DNA of 64,000 nucleotides from an uncultured Alphaproteobacteria bacterium (GTDB lineage Bacteria; Pseudomonadota; Alphaproteobacteria; HIMB59; GCA-002718135). A program made the translations under genes and the position numbers. Positions 9,525-19,800 of this stretch are shown here, piece by piece. The notes beneath the pieces are model-generated. The model searched no databases and was not told where the DNA came from. It was given only the letters and a program-made list of their open reading frames with translations. Each line of letters starts with the position of its first letter. The first letter of the stretch is position 1. The DNA lies in contig CACNHT010000001.1 of the NCBI GenBank assembly GCA_902620285.1, positions 109,599 through 173,598 of the forward strand, given 5' to 3'.

Positions 9525-10780
9525 GCTATTCTTGCTAACAACGTATCATTTTCTATGCCTGTGTATATACAGGAAACTATATTTCCCTCTTTAAACTCTT
9601 CTTCAAGTTTTACTTTTAAAAAATGCTGATTTTTTCCAAGTGAAAAATTTTCTTTTCTACTTTCAATTAAAATTTGTTCCTTCTTTCCAATATTTTTTTT
9701 TAAATGTTGTTTTAATTTTTCCATACCTCTTTCCCTAAGTCTTCTTGCTCTATCTTTGATAATATTTTTTTGAACTTGAGGCATTCTAGATGCAGGAGTG
9801 TTTTCTCTTGGTGAATAAGGAAAAATATGAAGATGAGTTAAATTACACTCATCAACTAGTCTAATTGAATCTTGAAACATTGTTTCTGTTTCTGTTGGAA
9901 AACCGGCAATTATATCGGCACCAAATGTTGCATCTTTCCTAATAGATAAAACTTTCTTACAAAAATTAATTGCCATTTCCCTTGAATGTCTTCTTTTCAT
10001 TCTTTTCAAAATTAAATTGTTTCCAGCTTGTAAACTTATATGAAAATGAGGCATCAATCTTTCGTCCTTTAAAACATCCCAAAAATCTTCGTCTATTTCA
10101 GCGCAGTCAATTGAAGACAAGCGCAGCTGTCTTAATTCAGGTACTAATTTTAGAATTCTTTTAATTAAATTAGAAAAAGTAGGTTTTGCTGGAAGATCTT
10201 TTCCATAATCAGTTATATCTACTCCTGTTAAGACTACTTCATTATATCCATTACTAACAATTTTTTTTATTTTATTTACTATCTCTCCAGCAGGAACACT
10301 TCTATTATTGCCCCTGCCAAATGGAATAATACAAAAAGTACAGCGATGGTTACAACCTTGTTGTATTTCAATATAAGCTCTTGATTTTCCTTCAAATTTT
10401 TCAATTGAATTAGGTACCGTTTTACTTTCTTCTAATATATTTCCTACTTTAAGATTTTTAGACTGATCGATATTTTTCCATGTTAAAGTTTCTAATTTTT
10501 CTGTGTTCCCAATTACTGAGTCTACTTCTTTTATATCTTTATATTTTAATGGATTGATTTGAGCCGCACATCCTGTAACTACTATTTTATTATTAGGAAA
10601 ATTTTTTTTTGCCTTTCTAATTTCATAAGAAACTTTTTTCTCAGCTTCTTCAGTTACTGCACATGAGTTTATGACTGTAACATTATTTAAATTATTTGTT
10701 TTAAGGTGGTTTTTAATAATTTCACCTTCATAAATATTCAATCTACAACCTAGATTGACTACGTAGTTTTTATTTTTCAT
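9521..10780 (-). CDS. mtaB: radical-SAM tRNA methylthiotransferase (MtaB/MiaB-like)
   Basis: 419 aa. N-terminal (L)GC(R/K).N..E UPF0004 domain and CNHRCTFCIIP (CxxxCxxC) radical SAM cluster. Confidence 0.8.
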   Translation of the reverse strand: MKNKNYVVNLGCRLNIYEGEIIKNHLKTNNLNNVTVINSCAVTEEAEKKVSYEIRKAKKNFPNNKIVVTGCAAQINPLKYKDIKEVDSVIGNTEKLETLTWKNIDQSKNLKVGNILEESKTVPNSIEKFEGKSRAYIEIQQGCNHRCTFCIIPFGRGNNRSVPAGEIVNKIKKIVSNGYNEVVLTGVDITDYGKDLPAKPTFSNLIKRILKLVPELRQLRLSSIDCAEIDEDFWDVLKDERLMPHFHISLQAGNNLILKRMKRRHSREMAINFCKKVLSIRKDATFGADIIAGFPTETETMFQDSIRLVDECNLTHLHIFPYSPRENTPASRMPQVQKNIIKDRARRLRERGMEKLKQHLKKNIGKKEQILIESRKENFSLGKNQHFLKVKLEEEFKEGNIVSCIYTGIENDTLLARIA

Positions 10781-10783
10781 AAA

Positions 10784-11602
10784 TTATATTTCTAAACTAC
10801 CACGATAACTTATTTCTGCAGGTCCTGTCATAATAGATTCATTATTAACTATATTTATGTGTAGTAATCCTTTTTCAAGTTTCACTTCAGCGTTATTTTC
10901 AATCAATCCTTTTTTCCACGCCGCATATACAGCGGCACAGGCACCACTTCCACAAGCTAACGTAATTCCAACTCCACGTTCCCAAACTCTCATCTCAATT
11001 AAATTTGAATTAATAACTTCAACTATTTCAACATTAGTTTTTTTTGGAAAGAGCTCATGATTTTCTATTCTAGGACCTATACTTTCAAGATCTGTATCTT
11101 TGATCGATTTCCCAAAAAAAACTACATGTGGATTACCTACATTAACAGCAACTCCATTACTATATCCATCAATTGAAATTGGTATATTCATTGTATCGAC
11201 TTCTTTACTTAAAGGAATTTTATCCCAAGTATTTTTTATTGAACCCATGTTGACACTTATATTGTTATCTATTCTTTTTGATTCTAATATGCCTGCATCA
11301 GATTGAATTTTTAAAATTTCTTTATTTGAATCTTCATCAAATAGTATTTTTGCCACGCAGCGTGTTCCATTACCACAAGCTTCGGCTCTATCACCACCAG
11401 GATTAAAAATTTCAATTTCAGCATCAGCACTTTGATTACTTGTATTATTAATTGTAATTAATTGATCACACCCTGCCCCAGTTCTTCTATCACTGAATCT
11501 TTTAATAAGATCTTCAGTAATTGTGATATTGTAAGACCTTTTATCTATGATAACAAAATCATTCCCAAGTCCATGCATTTTTATAAAGTCTACTTTTTGC
11601 AT
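10784..11602 (-). CDS. dapF: diaminopimelate epimerase
   Basis: 272 aa. F.KMHG.GNDF(V)(I/V) N-terminus, catalytic Cys motifs (CGNG.RC and CGSGA.A). Confidence 0.9.
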   Translation of the reverse strand: MQKVDFIKMHGLGNDFVIIDKRSYNITITEDLIKRFSDRRTGAGCDQLITINNTSNQSADAEIEIFNPGGDRAEACGNGTRCVAKILFDEDSNKEILKIQSDAGILESKRIDNNISVNMGSIKNTWDKIPLSKEVDTMNIPISIDGYSNGVAVNVGNPHVVFFGKSIKDTDLESIGPRIENHELFPKKTNVEIVEVINSNLIEMRVWERGVGITLACGSGACAAVYAAWKKGLIENNAEVKLEKGLLHINIVNNESIMTGPAEISYRGSLEI

Positions 11603-11799
11603 ATTTGTTTTATAACCTAATTTATCGATAAATCTCAGTAAATATGGGAAATTTAAGAATACTTGACTTTCAATTATTCAGCTAATAGAGGGTCATTAAT
11701 AAATCCTATATTTGTAAACGAATTGAGCTTGTTACAATTGTGATAGGTACTCTAGCCCACGAGTTTCGTGCCCTGGAGTTAAATGGCTATTGGAGATTT

Positions 11800-13164
11800 A
11801 TGTTTGATACACTGAACACAAAATTTGAAAAAATTGTTCAAAGTATTCGGGGTAAGGCTGTTATATCAGAAACAGATCTTGAAGTTACATTACGTGAAAT
11901 TAGAATTGCTCTGTTAGAGGCAGATGTTTCCTTAGTTGTAGTAAAAGAATTTATAAATTCCATCAAGTCAAACATTTTAGGAAAAGAAATTCTCAAATCT
12001 GTTAAGCCAGATCAAATGATCATAAAGCTTGTGCAAGATGAGCTTGTAAAAATTCTTGGATCAGAAAATAAATCTCTAAATTTATCTTCTTCTCAATTAA
12101 CTAAAATATTGTTTTGTGGATTACAGGGATCTGGGAAAACAACTTCAATTGCCAAACTCTCCTATTTGTTAAAGAAGACTTCAAAAAAAAAAATTTTACT
12201 AGCATCAGCAGACATTTATCGACCAGCAGCACAAGAACAATTAAAAGTATTAGCCGAAGAAACTGGCTCAGATTTCTTTAATCATAATCTATCATCAGCC
12301 AGTAAGATTGTTGATGATTCCATAGACTATGCTCAAAAAAATTTATTTGATATTCTTATTTTAGATACTGCTGGACGACAAGTTGTAGATAAAAAGTTAA
12401 TGAGTGAATTAATAGAAATTGAAAATAAGTTTAAACCTGACGAAACATTATTAGTAGCAGACGCTCTAACAGGACAAGATGCTGCAAATGTAGCTAAAAG
12501 TTTTAGTGATACAATAAACATTACTGGATCAATTTTAACTCGAATAGATGGTGATAGCAGAGGTGGTGCAGCACTATCAATTAAATCGATAACAAACTCT
12601 CCTATAAAATTTATAGGACTAGGTGAAAAAGTAGAAAATTTTGAACCTTTCCATCCTGAAAGAATTGCACAAAGAATTTTAGGCATGGGAGATATTGTAT
12701 CTCTTGTCGAAAAGGCTGCTGAAAATATTGATAAAGAAGAAATGGAAGATATGGCAAAAAAGATCGCTAAAGGAAAATTTGATCTTGAAGATTTTGCCAA
12801 TCAATTAAAGCAAATGGGTAAAATGGGTGGAATCTCCGGTTTACTTTCTATGATGCCAGGTGTTTCAAAGGCACAGAAGTTAATGGCAGAAAATAAAATT
12901 TCTAATTCAATGATTGATAAACAAATAGCTATAATCAGTTCAATGACAAAAAAAGAAAGGGCTGATCCAGATATTATAAAGGCTTCACGTAAAATTAGAA
13001 TTTCAAAAGGATCTGGAACAAAAGTTCAAGACGTTAACAGGTTATTAAAACAGTTTCTCCAATCACAAAAAATGATGAAGAGAATGAAATCAATGGGCAA
13101 AGGAGGAATTCCCAGTGATTTAATGCAAAAATTACAAGGAAATCTTCCTCCAAACATAAATTAG
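11800..13164 (+). CDS. ffh: signal recognition particle protein Ffh
   Basis: The canonical Ffh N-terminus MFD.L...F begins at ATG 11800, preceded by GGAG at 11792-11795. [19 protein letters not shown](S/A)RGGAA and a Met-rich M domain are present. The track's GTG 11740 start is probably a spurious extension. Confidence 0.9.
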   Translation: MFDTLNTKFEKIVQSIRGKAVISETDLEVTLREIRIALLEADVSLVVVKEFINSIKSNILGKEILKSVKPDQMIIKLVQDELVKILGSENKSLNLSSSQLTKILFCGLQGSGKTTSIAKLSYLLKKTSKKKILLASADIYRPAAQEQLKVLAEETGSDFFNHNLSSASKIVDDSIDYAQKNLFDILILDTAGRQVVDKKLMSELIEIENKFKPDETLLVADALTGQDAANVAKSFSDTINITGSILTRIDGDSRGGAALSIKSITNSPIKFIGLGEKVENFEPFHPERIAQRILGMGDIVSLVEKAAENIDKEEMEDMAKKIAKGKFDLEDFANQLKQMGKMGGISGLLSMMPGVSKAQKLMAENKISNSMIDKQIAIISSMTKKERADPDIIKASRKIRISKGSGTKVQDVNRLLKQFLQSQKMMKRMKSMGKGGIPSDLMQKLQGNLPPNIN

Positions 13165-13175
13165 AAAGGAAAAAA

Positions 13176-13631
13176 ATGCCAGTAAGAATAAGATTATCAA
13201 GAGGCGGTGCAAAGAAAAGACCATTTTATAGAATAGTAGTTGCTGATTCTAGAAGAGCTAGAGATGGAAAATTTATAGATCAAATTGGAACTTATAACCC
13301 AATGCTTCCAAAGGATAGCGCTGATAGAGTTAAAATGGATTTAGACAAAGCTAAGGAATGGATTGCAAAAGGAGCAAAACCATCAGATAGAATTTCTATT
13401 TTTCTTAGTAATCTTGGTGTGATGGAAAAACCAGTTATTACTGAAAAAACAAAAAAACATCTACCTAAGAAAAAAGCGCAGGAACGTTTAGCAGCTGCTA
13501 AAGAAAAAGAAGAAACTGCGAAAGCTTCAGCTGAAGAACCAAAAGCAGAAGAAGCAGAAGCTAAGCCAGCTGAAGATGCACAACCTGCTGAAGAACCAAA
13601 AGCAGAAGAAGCAGAAGCTAAAAAAGAATAA
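13176..13631 (+). CDS. rpsP: 30S ribosomal protein S16 with acidic Ala/Glu/Lys/Pro-rich C-terminal tail
   Basis: M(P)V(R)[22 protein letters not shown](D/E).(I/L)G.YNP signature. 151 aa, so clearly longer than the conserved S16 core. Confidence 0.9.
   Translation: MPVRIRLSRGGAKKRPFYRIVVADSRRARDGKFIDQIGTYNPMLPKDSADRVKMDLDKAKEWIAKGAKPSDRISIFLSNLGVMEKPVITEKTKKHLPKKKAQERLAAAKEKEETAKASAEEPKAEEAEAKPAEDAQPAEEPKAEEAEAKKE
13530..13621 (+). repeat. perfect 35-nt direct repeat inside the rpsP tail (13530-13564 and 13587-13621, period 57 nt)
   Basis: gctgaagaaccaaaagcagaagaagcagaagctaa occurs twice and encodes [12 protein letters not shown]. Confidence 0.9.
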
Positions 13632-13645
13632 AATCAATTTTTGCT

Positions 13646-14152
13646 TTGAGTAATAAAGATATTATTCTTGTTGGTCAGTTTGGATCTCCTTTAGGATTAA
13701 AAGGTGAAATAAAAGTTAATATGATGACTACCTCTTTTGAAGTTTTTAAAAATTTAAAAAACTATTATAATTTTGATGGTTCAGTTGCTTGGAATTTCAA
13801 AAATATTTTATTCAAAAATAATAAGTGTGTTGTTCAAGTTGAAAAATACTTTTCTAGAGAAGATGTTTTAGAGCTTAAAGGTCAAAAAATTTTTTCAAAT
13901 AAGAAATTTTTTCCAAAAACAAAAGATAATGAGTTTTACATAAACGATCTAATCGAATGCATGATTTTCTTGAAAGACAATACTAGTATTGGAAAAGTTT
14001 TAAGTGTTCAAAATTTTGGGGCAGGTGATTTATTAGAAGTCAAATATAATACCAAACTTATTTTTATGCCTTTTGATAAAACAAATATTTTATCAGTTAA
14101 TACTAATAAAAAAGAAATTATAGCTGATCCAATACCTGGTATTCTTGATTAA
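13646..14152 (+). CDS. rimM: 16S rRNA processing protein RimM
   Basis: 168 aa with a TTG start. (V)G.(F)G.P.G(L/I)KGE(I/V)KV N-terminal signature and position between rpsP and trmD. Confidence 0.85.
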   Translation: MSNKDIILVGQFGSPLGLKGEIKVNMMTTSFEVFKNLKNYYNFDGSVAWNFKNILFKNNKCVVQVEKYFSREDVLELKGQKIFSNKKFFPKTKDNEFYINDLIECMIFLKDNTSIGKVLSVQNFGAGDLLEVKYNTKLIFMPFDKTNILSVNTNKKEIIADPIPGILD

Positions 14153-14153
14153 A

Positions 14154-14852
14154 ATGAGAGTAGTAATTTTAACTTGTTATCCTGAGATGTTCCCTGGTTC
14201 ACTAGGATATTCTGTAATCGGAAATGCATTGAACAATAAAAAATTTTCTCTCGAGATAGTCAATCTACATAATTTTGGAATTGACAAAAGAGGAAGTGTT
14301 GATGATGAACCTTTTGGGGGAGGCCCTGGAATGGTTATTCGTCCAGATGTGATTGAAAAAGCATTAAATTCAATCACTTTCAAAACCGATAATTACAGCA
14401 AAATTTTCATGACACCGTCAGGTCAGAAATTATCTCAAGTCAAACTTAATAATCTATCAAAACATGATGAAATGCTTATTTTATGCGGTAGATTTGAAGG
14501 GGTTGACCAAAGAGCTATAGAAATTCTTGATTTTCAGGAAATAAGTATCGGTGATTACGTCCTTTCTGGCGGTGAGATTGCTGCCCAGGTGTTAGTTGAA
14601 GGTTGTATTCGTCTCATTCCTGGAGTATTAGGGCAGCCACAAAGTTTATTAGAAGAATCTTTTTCTAATAATCTGCTTGAATATCCTCATTATACCAGAC
14701 CACAAACCTGGGAAGATATTCAGGGAAATAAACATGAAGTTCCAGATGTTTTAACATCAGGTCATCATGAAAAAATTGATAAATGGAGAAAAGAAAAATC
14801 GGTTGAAAAAACTAAAGAATTAAGACCAGATCTTTATAAAAAGGAAATATAA
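14154..14852 (+). CDS. trmD: tRNA (guanine37-N1)-methyltransferase
   Basis: ATG at 14154, 1 nt after the rimM stop. (I/V).(L/T).(F/Y)PEMF, D..PFGGG.GMV and CGR(F/Y)EG(V/I)D.R motifs. Confidence 0.9.
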   Translation: MRVVILTCYPEMFPGSLGYSVIGNALNNKKFSLEIVNLHNFGIDKRGSVDDEPFGGGPGMVIRPDVIEKALNSITFKTDNYSKIFMTPSGQKLSQVKLNNLSKHDEMLILCGRFEGVDQRAIEILDFQEISIGDYVLSGGEIAAQVLVEGCIRLIPGVLGQPQSLLEESFSNNLLEYPHYTRPQTWEDIQGNKHEVPDVLTSGHHEKIDKWRKEKSVEKTKELRPDLYKKEI

Positions 14853-14853
14853 A

Positions 14854-15459
14854 ATGAGTAATTTATTAGAGACATTTGAAAAACAACAGATTGAAAAGTT
14901 AACTTCAAAAAAAAGAGTTCCTGCTTTTCGTCCAGGTGATACTCTAAAAGTTACTGTAAGAATTACAGAGGGAAGTAAGTCGAGACTTCAAGCATTTGAA
15001 GGTATTTGTATTGCAAGAAAAAATAATTCAGTAAACTCTAACTTTACTGTGAGAAAAATATCTCATGGAGAGGGTGTTGAAAGAGTATTTCCTTTATTCA
15101 GTCCATTAGTAGAAAAAATTGAAGTTGTTAGAAAAGGCGATGTAAGAAGAGCTAAGCTATATTATCTAAGAGAATTATCTGGAAAGAAAGCAAGGATCGC
15201 AGATAAAGATAGGGGCGATGAAGCTGATCAATATGAATATATAGAGGAAGTTCCTCCAGTAGAAGAAACAAAAACTGCAGATACAGATACAAATGCTGCA
15301 GAGGAACCAAAAGCTGAAGAGGTAGAAGCAAAACAAGCAGAGACAAAAGCAGAAGAAGCAGAAGCCAAACCAGCAGAAGAATCTAAAGCAGAAGCTGCAG
15401 ATGAATCTAGTAAAGAAGAGGAAAAAGCAGCCGAAAATAAATCGGATGACAATAAATAA
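14854..15459 (+). CDS. rplS: 50S ribosomal protein L19 with long acidic Ala/Glu/Lys-rich C-terminal tail
   Basis: Core P.FR.GD.(L/V).V...(I/V).EG.K.R.Q.FEG..I(A)(R/K) and the (F)(T/S)VRK signature. 201 aa with a tail of roughly 75 aa. Confidence 0.9.
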   Translation: MSNLLETFEKQQIEKLTSKKRVPAFRPGDTLKVTVRITEGSKSRLQAFEGICIARKNNSVNSNFTVRKISHGEGVERVFPLFSPLVEKIEVVRKGDVRRAKLYYLRELSGKKARIADKDRGDEADQYEYIEEVPPVEETKTADTDTNAAEEPKAEEVEAKQAETKAEEAEAKPAEESKAEAADESSKEEEKAAENKSDDNK

Positions 15460-16849
15460 TCCTAAAACTCTTTTTGATAAAATTTGGGAACATCATCTTG
15501 TTGATAGACAAGAAGATGGAACTTGTCTTATATATATTGATAGACACCTTGTTCATGAAGTTACAAGTCCTCAAGCATTTGAAGGTTTGAGAAATAATAA
15601 TCGCAAAGTTAGAAGACCCGAAAGTACTTTTGCTGTAGCTGATCATAATGTCCCAACTTCAGATAGATCTAAAGGTATAGAAAATAAAGAAAGTAGAATT
15701 CAGGTTGAAACACTAGAAAAAAATTGCAAAGATTTTGATGTTACACTTTTTCCATTATTAGATAGTAGACAAGGTATAGTTCATATAGTCGGACCAGAAC
15801 AGGGTATTACTCAGCCAGGTATGACAATAGTTTGTGGTGATAGTCATACAGCAACTCACGGAGCATTTGGTGCCTTAGCTTTTGGTATCGGCACAAGTGA
15901 AGTTGAACATGTATTAGCTACTCAGACCTTGATTCAAAAACCTGCAAAGAATATGCGAATTTCTGTTGAAGGTAAATTAAACTTAGGTGTTACAGCAAAA
16001 GATATTATCCTTCATATCATAGGAAAGATAGGAACAGCTGGTGGAACTGGTTATGTTATTGAATATGGTGGTAGTGCAATTTCCTCTCTTTCTATGGAAG
16101 GAAGAATGACAATCTGTAATATGAGTATTGAAGCAGGTGCTAGAGCTGGTTTAATCGCTCCTGACGAAAAAACTTTTGAATATATTAAAGGTAGACCGTA
16201 TGCTCCATCAGGAGATAATTGGGACAAAGCCGTAGAATTTTGGAAATCTCTTCCTTCTGATGAGGGTGCAAAATATGATGAGGAAATTTTAATTAATGCT
16301 GAAGATATTTCACCACAAATTACTTGGGGCACAAGCCCACAAGACGTTGTTGCTATAAATGGTATAGTACCAAATCCTCAAGAAGAGAGTAATCCAAATA
16401 GAAAGAAGGCTATGGAGCGTTCTCTTGAATATATGGGTTTAGAACCCAAACAAGAAATACAAAAAATTAAAATTGATAAAGTATTTATTGGCTCTTGCAC
16501 TAATGGAAGAATTGAGGATTTAAGAGAAGTTGCCAAAGTTGTAGAGGGCAAAAAAGTTTCTGTAGACTCAATGATCGTTCCTGGTTCAGGTCTAGTTAAA
16601 AAACAAGCTGAAGAAGAAGGTTTAGATAAAATTTTTATTGAAGCAGGATTTGATTGGAGAGAGCCAGGTTGCTCCATGTGTTTAGCTATGAATCCAGATC
16701 AATTAAAACCGCAAGAAAGATGTGCATCAACATCAAATAGAAATTTTGAAGGTAGACAAGGTAGAGAAGGTAGAACACATCTTGTTAGTCCTGCAATAGC
16801 TGCTGCTTCTGCAATCAAAGGTTCTTTTGCAACAGCAGAGGATTTATAA
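15446..16849 (+). CDS. leuC: 3-isopropylmalate dehydratase large subunit
   Basis: The canonical N-terminus (K)TL(F/Y)DK(I/V)W..H begins at ATG 15446, overlapping the rplS stop by 14 nt. (V)CGDSHT and GSCTNGR(I)EDLR Fe-S ligand motifs. Confidence 0.95.
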   Translation: MTINNPKTLFDKIWEHHLVDRQEDGTCLIYIDRHLVHEVTSPQAFEGLRNNNRKVRRPESTFAVADHNVPTSDRSKGIENKESRIQVETLEKNCKDFDVTLFPLLDSRQGIVHIVGPEQGITQPGMTIVCGDSHTATHGAFGALAFGIGTSEVEHVLATQTLIQKPAKNMRISVEGKLNLGVTAKDIILHIIGKIGTAGGTGYVIEYGGSAISSLSMEGRMTICNMSIEAGARAGLIAPDEKTFEYIKGRPYAPSGDNWDKAVEFWKSLPSDEGAKYDEEILINAEDISPQITWGTSPQDVVAINGIVPNPQEESNPNRKKAMERSLEYMGLEPKQEIQKIKIDKVFIGSCTNGRIEDLREVAKVVEGKKVSVDSMIVPGSGLVKKQAEEEGLDKIFIEAGFDWREPGCSMCLAMNPDQLKPQERCASTSNRNFEGRQGREGRTHLVSPAIAAASAIKGSFATAEDL

Positions 16850-17452
16850 ATGGAATCATTTAAAACAATAATTGGTATCCCTGCACCATTACCAATGATT
16901 AATGTCGATACCGATATGATTATTCCAAAACAATTTTTGAAAACAATAAAGAGATCTGGTTTAGGAAAAAACTTATTTCATGAATTAAGATACGATATTC
17001 AAGGTAACATAAAGAATGATTTTGTTCTTAACTGGGACCCTTATAAAACTTCAACAATTTTAATTGCTGGGGCAAATTTTGGTTGTGGATCAAGTAGAGA
17101 GCATGCACCATGGTCACTTTTAGATTTTGGTTTTAAGTCAATAATTGCACCAAGCTTCGCAGATATTTTCTATAATAATTGTTTTAAAAATGGAATACTG
17201 CCAATTAAGTTAGATCAACAAAAGGTAGATATATTAATGAACGAAGCAGAAAATAAAAATGATGTTTCAGTTGATTTAGAAAATCAAAAAATCACTTATC
17301 AAAATGATAAAACAATAGAATTTGAAATTGATGCATTTCGAAAAAAATGTTTGCTAGAGGGTTTGGATGATATTGGCTTGACGCTCCAAAAAAATAAAAA
17401 AATTGATTTTCACGAAGAAAAAATACACAGTATCCAACCTTGGATAGTGTAG
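16850..17452 (+). CDS. leuD: 3-isopropylmalate dehydratase small subunit
   Basis: 200 aa. (N/D)VDTD.IIP(K)QFLK and FGCGSSREHAPW motifs. Confidence 0.9.
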   Translation: MESFKTIIGIPAPLPMINVDTDMIIPKQFLKTIKRSGLGKNLFHELRYDIQGNIKNDFVLNWDPYKTSTILIAGANFGCGSSREHAPWSLLDFGFKSIIAPSFADIFYNNCFKNGILPIKLDQQKVDILMNEAENKNDVSVDLENQKITYQNDKTIEFEIDAFRKKCLLEGLDDIGLTLQKNKKIDFHEEKIHSIQPWIV

Positions 17453-17458
17453 TCAAAA

Positions 17459-18571
17459 ATGAGTAATAAAAAAATTTTAATTTTACCTGGTGACGGAATT
17501 GGCAATGAAGTTATGGCTGAGGTATTAAAAATCATTGATTGGATGGAAAAAACTAAATCTTTATCTTTTGATATTTCTGAAAGATTAGTTGGCGGTACGG
17601 CATACGATAAAGAAGGTAATTCTATAAGTGATGAAACAATGCAAGTAGCTATGGATTGTGATGCAGTATTATTTGGTGCGGTAGGAGGTGCTAAATGGGA
17701 TAACGTAGAAAGAGATAAAAGACCTGAAGCAGCCTTATTAAGATTAAGAAAAGACCTTGATCTCTTTGCTAATCTAAGACCAGCGGTTGTTTTAGATGCT
17801 CTTTCAGATTCATCATCTTTAAAACCCGATCTTGTTAAAGGTTTAGATATTTTGATAATAAGAGAGTTAACAAGTGGTGTATATTTTGGACAACCAAGAG
17901 GTATATCAAAAATTAGTGAGACTGAAAGTAAGGCAGTTGATACTCAACTTTATACCACATCAGAAGTTAATAGAGTTTCACGAGTGGCATTTGATTTAGC
18001 AAAGTTGCGTAATAATAAAGTTACATCAGTAGAAAAATCAAATGTAATGGAAACAGGTTTATTTTGGAAACAAACTGTAACAGATTTACATAAAAAGGAA
18101 TATTCTAATGTTAATTTAGAACACATGCTTGCAGATAATTGTGCAATGCAGTTAGTTCGTTATCCAAAACAATTTGATGTCATACTTACAGATAACTTAT
18201 TTGGTGATCTTTTAAGTGATACTGCAGCTATGCTAACAGGATCTTTAGGAATGCTTCCTTCAGCAGCTCTTGGACCAGTTAAAGAAAATGGAACTAGAGC
18301 AGCAATGTATGAACCCGTTCATGGTAGTGCACCAGATATAACTGGGCAATCTAAAGCAAATCCTTTAGCAATGATCATGAGCTTTGCTATGATGTTGAAA
18401 TATAGTTTCGATATGCAAGAAGATAGTCAAATGATTGAGAAAGCTGTACAGAATGTATTACTAAAAGGTTTAAGAACAGCTGATATAAAAGATGGAGCAG
18501 AAAAAATTATCTCAACTCAAGAAATGGGCAATGCTGTTATTGAGGAATTAAAAATTCTTTCTGGAAATTAA
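17459..18571 (+). CDS. leuB: 3-isopropylmalate dehydrogenase
   Basis: 370 aa. (L)PGDGIG.EV, NLFGD(L/I)LSD and PVHGSAPDI motifs. Confidence 0.95.
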   Translation: MSNKKILILPGDGIGNEVMAEVLKIIDWMEKTKSLSFDISERLVGGTAYDKEGNSISDETMQVAMDCDAVLFGAVGGAKWDNVERDKRPEAALLRLRKDLDLFANLRPAVVLDALSDSSSLKPDLVKGLDILIIRELTSGVYFGQPRGISKISETESKAVDTQLYTTSEVNRVSRVAFDLAKLRNNKVTSVEKSNVMETGLFWKQTVTDLHKKEYSNVNLEHMLADNCAMQLVRYPKQFDVILTDNLFGDLLSDTAAMLTGSLGMLPSAALGPVKENGTRAAMYEPVHGSAPDITGQSKANPLAMIMSFAMMLKYSFDMQEDSQMIEKAVQNVLLKGLRTADIKDGAEKIISTQEMGNAVIEELKILSGN

Positions 18572-19615
18572 ATGACTCAAAAATACAATATAGCAGTAGC
18601 AGGAGCAACAGGTGCGGTAGGAACAGAAATAGTTCAAATATTAGAGCAAAGGGATTTTCCAATAGACAATTTATATTTACTTGCATCATCAAAATCAAAA
18701 GGCAAAAAAGTAGAGTTTAAAGATAAAGAAATTGTTGTAGAAGACTTATCAGAATTTGATTTTTCAAAAGCTCATATTGGTTTATTTTCACCTGGTGGTA
18801 AAATTTCTGCAGAATATGCACCAAAAGCAGCTGAAAAAGGATGTATTGTTATAGACAATACCTCTCATTTTCGAATGCAACAAAATATTCCTTTAATCGT
18901 TCCTGAAGTAAACGCTAATGCACTTGATGAATTTTTTGATGATGAAAACAGAACTAATATTATTTCAAATCCTAATTGTTCAACTATACAAATGGTTGTT
19001 GCATTAAAACCACTTCATGAAAAAGCAATTATAAACAGAGTTGTTGTATCAACCTATCAAGCTGTTTCCGGAGCAGGTAAAACAGGTATGGATGAATTAT
19101 TTAATCAGACTCAAAATGTTTATGCAAACCAAGAATTAAAAAAAGAAAAGTTCACAAAACAAATTGCGTTTAATGCCATTCCACACATTGGGGCTTTTTT
19201 AGAAAATGGTAATACTGAAGAAGAGCAAAAAATGATTGATGAAACAAAAAAAATTCTAGACGAGGAAATTAATGTTTCAGCAACTTGTGTTAGAACAGCT
19301 GTATTTATTGGCCATTCAGAAGCTGTAAATATAGAGTTTGACTCACCATTAGATGAAAAAGAAGCTAACGAAATATTATCTAACTCTGAAGGTATTTCAG
19401 TAATTGATCATCGAAAAGATGAAGGTTATGTGACTCCTGTTGAAATTGCAGGAGAGGATAAAGTTTATATTAGTAGAATTAGAAATGATCAATCAATAGA
19501 CAATGGTTTGAATTTATGGGTGGTCTCGGATAATTTGCGCAAAGGAGCAGCGCTTAATGCTGTTCAAATTGCTGAGTTAATAATTTCAAAGTATTCAGAA
19601 AAAATAAATATTTAA
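18572..19615 (+). CDS. asd: aspartate-semialdehyde dehydrogenase
   Basis: 347 aa. (V)AGATGAVG N-terminus, NPNCSTIQ active-site Cys, SDNLRKGAALNAVQIAE. Confidence 0.95.
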   Translation: MTQKYNIAVAGATGAVGTEIVQILEQRDFPIDNLYLLASSKSKGKKVEFKDKEIVVEDLSEFDFSKAHIGLFSPGGKISAEYAPKAAEKGCIVIDNTSHFRMQQNIPLIVPEVNANALDEFFDDENRTNIISNPNCSTIQMVVALKPLHEKAIINRVVVSTYQAVSGAGKTGMDELFNQTQNVYANQELKKEKFTKQIAFNAIPHIGAFLENGNTEEEQKMIDETKKILDEEINVSATCVRTAVFIGHSEAVNIEFDSPLDEKEANEILSNSEGISVIDHRKDEGYVTPVEIAGEDKVYISRIRNDQSIDNGLNLWVVSDNLRKGAALNAVQIAELIISKYSEKINI

Positions 19616-19616
19616 T

Positions 19617-19691
19617 TGGCGGTCTCGTAGGGACTCGAACCCCAAATCCATGTTCCGAAGACACGTGTGATATCCATTTCACCACGAGACC
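19617..19691 (-). tRNA. tRNA-Arg (anticodon UCG), CCA encoded
   Basis: Hand-folded cloverleaf from the reverse complement:
- acceptor GGTCTCG/CGAGACC
- D stem GTGA/TCAC, loop with GG and A20
- anticodon stem CGTGT/ACATG, loop CT-TCG-GA
- T stem TGGGG/CCCTA, loop TTCGAGT
- discriminator G plus CCA
Total length 75 nt. Confidence 0.85.
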
Positions 19692-19716
19692 CCTTGGTTT
19701 TTTTAAGTGTTTTTCA

Positions 19717-19741
19717 TTCTACACTAAATTCTACACTAAAA
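19717..19741 (+). repeat. tandem TACACTAAA motif pair (ttcTACACTAAAttcTACACTAAAa) next to the tRNA 5' end
   Basis: The same 9-mer pair recurs at 21156/21167 and 21715/21726. The reverse complement reads TTTAGTGTAGAAT x2, which is extended -10-like (TGnTAGAAT) and faces the tRNA. Confidence 0.8.
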
Positions 19742-19800
19742 ACTATAGTCAACTAACGAATTATTTTGAAATGTTTATAAAAATATGAGAGTTATCGTTT

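Noticed and set aside
11751-11795. A slightly GC-richer patch with a small hairpin (CACG-AGUUU-CGUG) in the 197-bp dapF/ffh spacer. I considered a leader RNA or 4.5S RNA.
   Set aside because: There is only a 4-bp stem, no SRP-RNA domain IV motif and no extended nested helices. The evidence is insufficient.
11740-11799. GTG-initiated 20-codon N-terminal extension of ffh. There are analogous upstream extensions of leuC (15401), priA (42497), the DUF484 gene (41906), trmD (14145) and the CM/aminotransferase (60185).
   Set aside because: The conserved family N-termini begin at internal ATGs. The extensions overlap upstream genes or spacers and add non-conserved sequence.
12333-12800. 155-aa antisense ORF inside ffh. 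Similar antisense or shadow ORFs occur at 102-329, 2299-2496, 2902-3150, 9070-9288, 16051-16677, 29526-29990, 36885-37124, 37237-37482, 38462-38758, 44723-45268, 45759-46529 and 59638-59835.
   Set aside because: All lie fully inside strongly supported conserved genes on the opposite strand or in another frame. They have low-complexity or Ser/Leu/Phe-rich composition typical of frame shadows, and no independent start context.
13530-15374. Short direct repeats in the rpsP and rplS 3' regions. I considered a CRISPR or other repeat array.
   Set aside because: The repeats are in frame and coding ([12 protein letters not shown] units), and have no spacer/repeat periodicity or leader. They are protein low-complexity repeats.
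15152-15452. Two minus-strand ORFs (64 and 74 aa, Ser/Ala/Leu-rich) opposite the rplS tail.
   Set aside because: They are the reverse-complement reading of the GAA/GCA repeat that encodes the AEK tail. This is an artefact of the repeat, not a gene.
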